A DNA stretch of 64,000 bases from Planktothrix tepida (lineage in GTDB: Bacteria > Cyanobacteriota > Cyanobacteriia > Cyanobacteriales > Microcoleaceae). The stretch lies in NCBI RefSeq assembly GCF_904830955.1, contig NZ_LR882970.1; one strand, given 5' to 3'. This document shows positions 10,776 to 18,031 of this stretch, piece after piece. Numbering within the stretch: the first letter of the stretch is position 1; the number at the start of each line of letters is the position of its first letter. A model generated the notes under the pieces. It was not told the DNA's origin. It saw only the letters and a program-made list of their open reading frames with translations, and made no database searches. A program made the position numbers and the translations under genes.

Positions 10776-10959
10776 TGATGAGCATCAACCTTTCTGATTC
10801 AGAAACCCAGTTTCTGTCTGAGTCATCAAAATTTTTATAGATTGCTTTCGCGTTTTAGATTATAATTAAAGATTGGCAATTAGCGATAGGTCATGAATCC
10901 GGCAGAAATCAACCGGTTTAACCTATCGCTATATTTTGAATGTACAACGACTCTTGACA

Positions 10960-11330
10960 CACCTCGCCCTATAAGTGCGAGGATTCTTTAGAAGGAGATA
11001 ACCCGATGGTCATTGCTCGAACCACAACTCCCAAAACCCTTCTTAGGCGTGTTCTAGTGTCGTGCGACAGGCGATGCCAATTGCCTCTACTCTCTCGCCC
11101 CGCAGGGTCTGAGCCTACTTTTAAGTCGTTTTTCACTCACTCGCTTAATCGTTTCTGCTTGTGGGGGCTAGAACTAGAGTGTCAACACCGGTTCAACCAT
11201 TTCGGTTAAACGCCCTTTAACTAGAGCGTCCCACCACTGGGAATCTCACCCGTCAATTAAGGTCATCGTGGCTTTAATTATTCTAATCCTAGTTCAAATT
11301 AACGTAAAGCCGTCCTTCTAGGACGGGGTT
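10960..11330 (+). other. unassigned about 370-nt region: small basic ORF with strong SD and/or structured RNA, ending in a hairpin terminator
   Basis: TTGACA-like element at about 10955. Perfect SD (AAGGAGA) 7 nt before the ATG at 11006 (67-aa Arg-rich ORF of unconvincing composition). Several long-range complementary segments (GTTCTAG/CTAGAAC; direct repeat AACTAGAG(T/C)GTC). Terminal hairpin CCGTCCTTCTAGGACGG plus TTTCT at about 11296-11325. Confidence 0.25.
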
Positions 11331-11347
11331 TCTACCCAAAATTTTCG

Positions 11348-11767
11348 ATGACAACTCCAGAAGAATTATTTAAGGAAGGTTTTGAACGGTATCAAGCGGG
11401 TGAAGACCCAGAAACATTGATTCCGGTGTTTAAAGAAATTTGTAATCAGGCTCCTAAAAATAGTAATGCTTGGACAAGTTTAGCGTGGTTATATTTGTTA
11501 GCAGATAAACCCAAATTAGCTTATAACGCGGCAAAATCAGCCGTTAAACTCAATCCCCATGATCCTCAAGCCAGAGTGAATTTAGCGACGGCGATGTTGG
11601 AGTTAGGGAAAACGGGGGTGCGTTCCCACGTTGAACTTGCGAGTCAACTGGTATTAGTCGATACGGATTGGCAGCAGGAAATCACTAAAAATTTTGAAGA
11701 TGGATTAACTCGCAAACCAAATTGGAAATCCTTAATAAAAGTTAAACAATGGTTGTTTGGAGGTTAA
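11348..11767 (+). CDS. TPR repeat-containing protein
   Basis: 139-aa helical protein. The W..LA.LY / A...KA..LNP pattern repeats like tetratricopeptide motifs. Confidence 0.5.
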   Translation: MTTPEELFKEGFERYQAGEDPETLIPVFKEICNQAPKNSNAWTSLAWLYLLADKPKLAYNAAKSAVKLNPHDPQARVNLATAMLELGKTGVRSHVELASQLVLVDTDWQQEITKNFEDGLTRKPNWKSLIKVKQWLFGG

Positions 11768-12060
11768 GGAACTTTTACCTATTTTTGTGCATCTGATGAA
11801 ATAATCTAGGTAATTATGCACAGAAACTCAGGCAATATTTGAGAAATTTCGGTTGCGGTGAATTGGGGGAAAATGGCTGTTAATGACTGAAAAGGGCTAA
11901 AAATCCAGGAACTCTTAGGAAGTATTGAGAAAATGTAACAAAAAATTACATAAATTCATAAACAAAAGCAAAAAACAGTGATAGTATTTGGTAACTTCAG
12001 TCATTAACAATCATAATCAACCGTTCACAAAAAACTTGATAGTTAAATTAAGGAGATGAG

Positions 12061-12258
12061 ATGACTATGGATAGCCAAGTTTTTGTCAAACCCGAAACCC
12101 GTAATCACAAAGGCTTTTTTGTTAAACAAGGAGCCTATAAATTGAAAACTATTGATGAATCGGGCTGGGCCTTGATCTGCGTTGATGATACCGTTTGTTA
12201 TTACGTTGATCCTGATAACTTAGATACAGAAGTTTCGGAGGAAACCGTAGAATCGTGA
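12061..12258 (+). CDS. small hypothetical protein
   Basis: 65-aa ORF with excellent SD (TAAGGAGATGAG) immediately upstream. No recognisable domain. Confidence 0.4.
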   Translation: MTMDSQVFVKPETRNHKGFFVKQGAYKLKTIDESGWALICVDDTVCYYVDPDNLDTEVSEETVES

Positions 12259-12440
12259 TTCAAGCCATCTTATGTGAGCTTAGAATAAAAACCCTATCTA
12301 AATTACAGCGTTCTTGACTCCCGCTATACCCACTAGGGTTAGCGGGAGATAATTTTAGGGTAAAAAACAGTGTTTTAATCAAAATTTAAAAAGTAGAAAT
12401 TCTTATATTAAATCCTGAAATCGATGCTACAGATTATTAT

Positions 12441-12600
12441 CCTATAGCGCTACGCGCAAGGGAACAGGAAACAGGGAACAGGGAACAGTAAGAAGTGAAA
12501 GGGTTTGAGAATTCATAAATGTCCTAACCGTAATGCGTAGTGCTATAAACCTTTGTAGAGACGCGCCATGGCACGTCTCTACAGCGACTAGATGCGTAGC
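12441..12600. repeat. modular intergenic repeat element (inverted TATAGCRCTACGC arms, (GGGAACA)n, GTCCTAACCGTAATGCGTAGTGCTATA module, GTAGAGACGCGCC/GGCACGTCTCTAC palindrome)
   Basis: Same modules recur at 15570-15673, 16568-16680, 28044-28105, 30561-30590, 49441-49575, 53186-53212 and 61229-61280. Confidence 0.8.
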
Positions 12601-12701
12601 AAACATTTAAGGATTTAATATTAATTTTCAAAGCTGTCCCACTTAATCGAAGACAGCTATTTTTTTAGGGAATGATGAAGAAGGGAAATGTTCTGATTTG
12701 G

Positions 12702-13577
12702 TTAACGTTGATTGCGAAGACGAGGATTAAGAAAATCATTTAATCCTTCTCCTAATAGAGATAAACCAACGACCATAATTGTTAACGCCAAACCCGGAAA
12801 TAAGGTTGTCCACCAAATTCCAGTGGGTAACGCTTCTAAGGCGATTCTTAAATCATGACCCCATTCGGGAACTTCATCCGGTAAACCTAACCCTAAAAAT
12901 CCTAATCCGCCTAATGTTAAAATTGCATCCGCCGCATTCAATGTAAATAATACCGGAACACTTTGGATTACATTTAAAAATAAATAACGAGTTAAAATTG
13001 TCCAAGTATTAGCCCCTAATGCTTGGGCGGCTTCAATAAATAACTCGGTTTTAACCGAAGTCGTATGATTACGAACCACTCGATAATATTGAGGCACATA
13101 AGCGACACTTAAAGCCAGCGCTGCATTCAAAACCCCTTTGCCAACAACAAATGCTAAAGTAATGGAAAGTAATAATCCAGGTAACGTATAAATCGTATCC
13201 ATTAAAAATAATAAAACCCGATCTATTTTTCCTCCTAAATATCCACTCACCATTCCCAAAGGAACCCCAATTCCCACACTCAAAAGCGTTGCTAATAACA
13301 CCACTTGCCAAGCCACTTGAGTTCCAAATAACGTCCGAGAAAAGACATCATATCCTAAGCGACTGGTTCCAAACCAATGTTGCGGAGAAGGCGGTTGATG
13401 GATAGGATTAGACAGAAATTCTGTAGGACTTTGTATCCATCCCCAAGTTGAAAATAACGGGGATAATACTGCGATTAATAAAAATAAAACGGTCAGGACT
13501 AATCCACAAAAAGTCATAGCCGTTGACACAGAAGGAACCTGAAACCCCCTCAAAGGGCGAAAAGATGTAACACTCAT
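12702..13577 (-). CDS. ABC transporter permease (DppC/OppC/NikC-type)
   Basis: Six predicted TM segments. EAA-like loop (IEAAQALGANTWTILTRY). C-terminus GEGLNDFLNPRLR is typical of oligopeptide/nickel permease subunit C. Confidence 0.8.
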   Translation of the reverse strand: MSVTSFRPLRGFQVPSVSTAMTFCGLVLTVLFLLIAVLSPLFSTWGWIQSPTEFLSNPIHQPPSPQHWFGTSRLGYDVFSRTLFGTQVAWQVVLLATLLSVGIGVPLGMVSGYLGGKIDRVLLFLMDTIYTLPGLLLSITLAFVVGKGVLNAALALSVAYVPQYYRVVRNHTTSVKTELFIEAAQALGANTWTILTRYLFLNVIQSVPVLFTLNAADAILTLGGLGFLGLGLPDEVPEWGHDLRIALEALPTGIWWTTLFPGLALTIMVVGLSLLGEGLNDFLNPRLRNQR

Positions 13578-13910
13578 TAACTTTAAGATGTTGTGTTTGA
13601 CATTAGATTACCAAAAACAGAGCCAGGGAAGCAGGGTGAGAAAAGCAGAAGCAGAGGGAGGGGAAATCATTAACTTAAGTTTCGTTGAGCGGTACAAATA
13701 ATGTGATAATGCTTAGTGAACGAAGATCGGGCTTGCCGTTGTCAAGCGGAGTGAGTCAGGTTTTCCAGTCAATCAGATGCAATCCTTTTTGTGATTGATC
13801 TCCGTATCTCTTTCGATCTACCCCTGAAAAAGGGGACGCAGTTGAAAAACTGCAAATAATACTTCCTCCGCGAGTTAAAATCGCGGTTTCCGTTCTCCAG
13901 TAAGGTTGAG

Positions 13911-14453
13911 ATGACTCAAATTTCAGGAACCTCGGATGCTCCAAGCATGGGGCGTCGTCAATTCATGAACTTACTAACCTTCGGTTCAGTCACAGGCGTT
14001 GCTGTCGGTGCACTGTATCCGGTGGTCAAATATTTTCTACCTCCCGCTAGTGGTGCCGCAGGTGGTGGCGTTACGGCTAAAGATGCTCTGGGTAACGATG
14101 TTATCGTCAGTGAATTTTTATCCACCCATAAACCCGGTGATCGCGTTTTAGCCCAAGGCTTGAAAGGCGATCCAACCTACATGGTGGTTGAAAAGGATTC
14201 CTCCTTAGCGGACTATGGAATCAATGCGGTTTGTACCCACTTAGGTTGTGTGGTGCCTTGGAACGCCAGCGAAAATAAATTTATGTGTCCCTGTCACGGC
14301 TCTCAATATAACGACACAGGTAAAGTTGTTCGTGGGCCAGCACCGTTATCCTTAGCATTGGTTCACGCCACCGTTACGGATGACGACAAATTGAACTTTA
14401 CTCCTTGGACAGAAACCGACTTCCGCACGGGTGAAAATCCCTGGTGGTCTTAA
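13911..14453 (+). CDS. petC: cytochrome b6-f complex Rieske iron-sulfur subunit
   Basis: [10 protein letters not shown] and CPCHGSQY Rieske boxes. Twin-arginine-like N-terminus (RRQFMN) and single TM helix. Followed by petA. Confidence 0.9.
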   Translation: MTQISGTSDAPSMGRRQFMNLLTFGSVTGVAVGALYPVVKYFLPPASGAAGGGVTAKDALGNDVIVSEFLSTHKPGDRVLAQGLKGDPTYMVVEKDSSLADYGINAVCTHLGCVVPWNASENKFMCPCHGSQYNDTGKVVRGPAPLSLALVHATVTDDDKLNFTPWTETDFRTGENPWWS

Positions 14454-14525
14454 TAAATTTTAGGCTTTAGATTTGGGCTTGGGTTTCTAAAATCTGGAAT
14501 CTAAATCTAAATATGAAACAGTAGG

Positions 14526-15539
14526 TTGACTTTGAGAGAGATAGAACAATCTTTTATGCGACAAATTGATCAATGCCTAACTGTACGCCGTTCTAGGCTG
14601 TGGAAGTTAGTGTGGGTTGCTGTTGCTGCCGTCGCTTTCTTCTTTGGGGGTGATTTTGCTCTACCCCAGTCTGCTGCGGCTTATCCCTTTTGGGCGCAAG
14701 AAACAGCACCCCTGACCCCCCGTGAACCGACGGGACGAATTGTTTGTGCGAACTGCCATTTAGCGTCCAAGCCGACAGAAATTGAAGTCCCCCATTCTGT
14801 TTTACCGGATACTGTTTTTAAAGCGGTTGTTAAAGTTCCTTACGATACCAATGTTCAGCAAGTGCTTGGAGATGGTAGCAAAGGAGGTTTAAACGTCGGT
14901 GCGGTGTTAATGCTGCCCGAAGGCTTTAAGATTGCTCCTGAAGATCGCATTCCTGAAGAATGGAAAGAGGAAATTGGGGATCTTTATTTCCAACCCTATC
15001 GCGAAGATCAAGAAAATGTGGTCATTGTGGGGCCGTTACCTGGGGAAGAACATCAGGAAATTATCTTCCCGGTGTTGTCTCCTGACCCAGCAACGGATAA
15101 ATCTGTTCACTATGGTAAATTTGCGATTCATGTCGGAGGAAACCGGGGTCGCGGTCAAGTCTATCCGGCTGGAAATTCTAGCAATAATACGCTTTATAAA
15201 GCTTCCGTTGCTGGAACCGTTACCCAAGTGACCACCGAAGAGGGAGCGGGTTCCCAGGTGACGATTCAAACGGCGGACGGTCAAACCGTTGTGGATGAAA
15301 TTCCTCCTGGCCCTTCTGTGATAGTGTCTGAAGGCCAAACTGTTGCCGCCGGTGATGCTTTAACCAATAACCCCAACGTCGGTGGCTTTGGTCAACATGA
15401 TACCGAAATCGTTCTGCAAAGTTCCACTCGTGTTACTGGGTTAATTGCTTTTATCGCCTTGGTGATGTTAGCTCAAGTAATGCTGGTGATGAAGAAGAAA
15501 CAGATTGAGAAAGTTCAAGCGGCTGAAATGAACTTCTAA
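14526..15539 (+). CDS. petA: apocytochrome f
   Basis: Mature N-terminus [28 protein letters not shown] (heme-binding CxxCH) after a signal peptide. C-terminal TM anchor. The true start is probably the internal Met at 14556. Confidence 0.9.
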   Translation: MTLREIEQSFMRQIDQCLTVRRSRLWKLVWVAVAAVAFFFGGDFALPQSAAAYPFWAQETAPLTPREPTGRIVCANCHLASKPTEIEVPHSVLPDTVFKAVVKVPYDTNVQQVLGDGSKGGLNVGAVLMLPEGFKIAPEDRIPEEWKEEIGDLYFQPYREDQENVVIVGPLPGEEHQEIIFPVLSPDPATDKSVHYGKFAIHVGGNRGRGQVYPAGNSSNNTLYKASVAGTVTQVTTEEGAGSQVTIQTADGQTVVDEIPPGPSVIVSEGQTVAAGDALTNNPNVGGFGQHDTEIVLQSSTRVTGLIAFIALVMLAQVMLVMKKKQIEKVQAAEMNF

Positions 15540-15569
15540 ATTTTGATTCATTTTCATGATTTCAACCTG

Positions 15570-15673
15570 TGTAGAGACGTTGAATCCAGCGTCTCTACAG
15601 CTGTTTTGGGGAAGGGAACAGGGAACAGGGAATAGGGAATTACGAATTACGAATTACGAATTACGAATTACGA
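15570..15673. repeat. modular repeat: GTAGAGACG..CGTCTCTAC palindrome, (GGGAACA)n and (AATTACG)x5 heptamer microsatellite
   Basis: Palindrome at 15570-15599 directly after the petA stop (likely doubles as terminator). GGGAACA tandem at 15613-15640, then five perfect AATTACG copies. Confidence 0.8.
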
Positions 15674-15717
15674 ATAGGCAATAGGTAATTTAATTTAATT
15701 TAGGGTTTAAAACTATC

Positions 15718-16563
15718 ATGTCAATTACTAAAAATGAGATTAAAGTTGGATCTTTAGAGTGGTTTTATCGGGAAACAAATCCGGAAAATACTGATAAAAT
15801 TCCTGTGGTGTTTTTGCATGGATTAGTTTCTCAGAGTTATAGTTGGTTGGTGGTGATGGATGAATTAGAAAAACAAGGATATAAAGCGATCGCACCGGAC
15901 TGGATTGGATCGGGATATTCAGGAAAACCGGATAAACGAGATTTTGCTTATACTCCTGATGCCTTTATTCAAGGGTTAGAGGAATTTTTAAAACAATTAA
16001 AAGTAGAAAAATTTTCTTTAGTTGTGCAAGGCTTTTTAGGTTCAATGGGATTACAATATGCGCTCCGTCATCCTGAACAAATTGAAAAATTAATTATTCT
16101 CAATACTCCGATTTCAACTTCTGCTAAACTTCCCTGGAAATTACAACAAATGGCGTTACCGTTTGTGGGAGATATGATGACTCAAGATCCGTTATTAGTG
16201 GATCGTACTTTGGAAGGTGGCAGTAAATATGTGATTGAGGATAAAGTTTTAGAAGTTTATAGGAGTCCCTTTTTAAAAGCATCTGCTGCGGGGCGATCGC
16301 TCTTAGCAACCTTAAAAAATTTACGGTTAAAAGATGCCCTAACTGAAATTGAATCTGGGTTTAAAAATTGGCATCATCCAACTCAAATTATTTGGGGATT
16401 AATCGATCCTTGGTTAGAGTTTACCGATGTTAAAACCTTTGCAAACGGAATTTCTGGGGCTGAAATTGTGACATTAGAAAAAGCCGGACATTATCCCCAA
16501 GAACATTGGCCTCAAGAAATCAGTGAAGCTTTAATCTTATTTTTGCGGAAAACGGTGGTTTAG
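15718..16563 (+). CDS. alpha/beta hydrolase fold protein
   Basis: VVFLHGL..SW oxyanion/HG motif. A nucleophile-elbow-like GFLGS and a C-terminal GHYP (catalytic His) segment. Confidence 0.7.
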   Translation: MSITKNEIKVGSLEWFYRETNPENTDKIPVVFLHGLVSQSYSWLVVMDELEKQGYKAIAPDWIGSGYSGKPDKRDFAYTPDAFIQGLEEFLKQLKVEKFSLVVQGFLGSMGLQYALRHPEQIEKLIILNTPISTSAKLPWKLQQMALPFVGDMMTQDPLLVDRTLEGGSKYVIEDKVLEVYRSPFLKASAAGRSLLATLKNLRLKDALTEIESGFKNWHHPTQIIWGLIDPWLEFTDVKTFANGISGAEIVTLEKAGHYPQEHWPQEISEALILFLRKTVV

Positions 16564-16567
16564 AGAA

Positions 16568-16680
16568 GAGAACAGGGAACAGGCAACAGGGAATAGGATT
16601 TAAAAGTGTCCTAACTGTAATGCGTATTGCTATATAATTTTTTTCAGAAAAAACTAGCTTGAAATTCCCTGTTCTACCGC
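16568..16680. repeat. modular repeat: (GGGAACA)-like tandem, GTCCTAACTGTAATGCGTATTGCTATATAA module, inverted CCCTGTTC
   Basis: Shares modules with 12441-12600. Confidence 0.7.
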
Positions 16681-16687
16681 CTTACCT

Positions 16688-17845
16688 TCAATTCGGAGGT
16701 TCATCGTGGGTCGAAACAGAACGGAGGCGGCTTAATCGATTGGTTGCCCATTTAGCTAGTTCTTTAACTTCAGGATCAGGATCATCCATAGCTCGCTGTA
16801 AGATTTGATTCATTTGTGTTGCTAAATCATAAATTCGGGTTAAATCTCGAATAGCATTTTTTCTAACTTCGGCATTTTCATCTTGGAGAGACAAACTTAA
16901 GGCGCGGCTCAGGGGTTTTAACGTGCGAGTTCCAATTTCTGAGAGGGCAGCTAAAACTAAACTGCGTTGATTAGAATCAGAATAGATTAATAACTCTAAT
17001 AACGGTTGAATGGCTCTCGAATCTCCTGCTTGTGCCAGTTCCCAAATTGCATTACTTCTAATATCAGGACTGGTCTGTTTTAAATCATTAATCCATCGTT
17101 CCTGGGGATCAAGCCTCAGTCCATAGGAGGGTGGGTGAAGATTGACCGTATCCGTTACAGGGATATTCGCTCCTAGGGGGTTTTCAGAGGTCGTCGGTTG
17201 ATCGGATGGGGTATCGGGGGTAGAAACCTGTAATGTCGCGTCTCGATAACCATTCTGTTCTACAGGAGCCGGAGGCTGTGACCGTTGGAGAACGGTGGGA
17301 GAAACTTGCATCTGTCCCTGGGTAATGGCTTTAACCTGTACCGATGGTGGGGGAGATGGTATTTTTGGGGGTTCAGGGAGATTTTCTGGAACCGTTTGCG
17401 CCTCAATATCCACCACTGTACCTTCATCCTCATTAGGAGGACTGATCAGCCGAATTAAGATTAAAATGGCTCCGACCGTAATCACTAAAGCTCCTACCCC
17501 TAGGATTAACATCCGTGAGGGGAAGCGGAAAGATGATTTTTTAGGGGGCTGTTTTTGAGGCTTTTTGGCTGGTGGTTTTTCAGGGTTGCTTTGGGCAATT
17601 TGCCAGGATAAAGCAGAACGCTCTAAATCTGACCCAGCCGTGAGGGGTCGGGTAAAGAGATGGCTGTTTGTGTCTGTGAGATGTTGGGTTTCGTTCTCAA
17701 CCTTCGCAACCGCACTCCCACTGAAGCAGAACGTTCCACCACAGTAGGCAATACAAGCGAATACAAATAAGGTCAGGCGATAAAAAGGAGCCATGAGACT
17801 CAATTGAGTTTGTGATCGACGCTTAGTGGATATCAGGTAAAACAA
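16688..17845 (-). CDS. HEAT-repeat (PBS lyase-like) protein with N-terminal TM and Pro-rich linker
   Basis: The C-terminal half carries repeated ...VR..A..ALG.IG / DPDPEVKELAKWA motifs. Central Pro-rich region PEPPKIPSPPPS. Hydrophobic helix near residue 115. Confidence 0.55.
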   Translation of the reverse strand: MFYLISTKRRSQTQLSLMAPFYRLTLFVFACIAYCGGTFCFSGSAVAKVENETQHLTDTNSHLFTRPLTAGSDLERSALSWQIAQSNPEKPPAKKPQKQPPKKSSFRFPSRMLILGVGALVITVGAILILIRLISPPNEDEGTVVDIEAQTVPENLPEPPKIPSPPPSVQVKAITQGQMQVSPTVLQRSQPPAPVEQNGYRDATLQVSTPDTPSDQPTTSENPLGANIPVTDTVNLHPPSYGLRLDPQERWINDLKQTSPDIRSNAIWELAQAGDSRAIQPLLELLIYSDSNQRSLVLAALSEIGTRTLKPLSRALSLSLQDENAEVRKNAIRDLTRIYDLATQMNQILQRAMDDPDPEVKELAKWATNRLSRLRSVSTHDEPPN

Positions 17846-18031
17846 AGTTAACAGAGGTTGAGATAAGTTGACACTCTGAGGAAGGTCAAAACCTAGATCA
17901 TCAGAATGGTGTCAGAAACAATTTTAGGGTGAATAGTAAAGATGTCCTGTTGTTGCAAGAGTTTTGCTCCTAGTTATTATCTTCCAAAAAATCACTTTTT
18001 TCCTTAGATTTTAAGGTAGAACTAGGGAGGG

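Noticed and set aside
11006-11209. 67-aa ORF from the six-frame track (MVIARTTTPKTLLRRVLVSCDRRCQ...)
   Set aside because: Despite a strong SD, the peptide is low-complexity Arg/Leu-rich with no domain-like features. Retained only as part of an unassigned candidate RNA/sORF region, not called as a CDS.
10960-11330. Possible RNase P RNA, tmRNA or SRP RNA
   Set aside because: The universally conserved blocks I recall are absent on both strands. These are GGAAAGUCCGGGCUCC and GGUGCGGUAAGAGCGCACC for rnpB, the GGGGCUG start and tag-reading frame for tmRNA, and GUCAGGUCCGGAAGGAAGCAGC for SRP RNA.
13069-15338. Small ORFs 13069-13311, 13756-13944, 14932-15231, 15036-15338
   Set aside because: Overlap the ABC permease, the petC promoter region or petA in other frames. 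No SD or recognisable features.
15613-15673. Short tandem repeats as a possible CRISPR array
   Set aside because: Units are 7 nt with no spacers. These are microsatellite-like tandem heptamers, not 28-37-nt repeats separated by unique spacers, and there are no cas genes.
17295-17747. Plus-strand ORFs 17295-17558 and 17565-17747
   Set aside because: Antisense shadow frames of the HEAT-repeat gene's Pro-rich region (Gly-rich translation).
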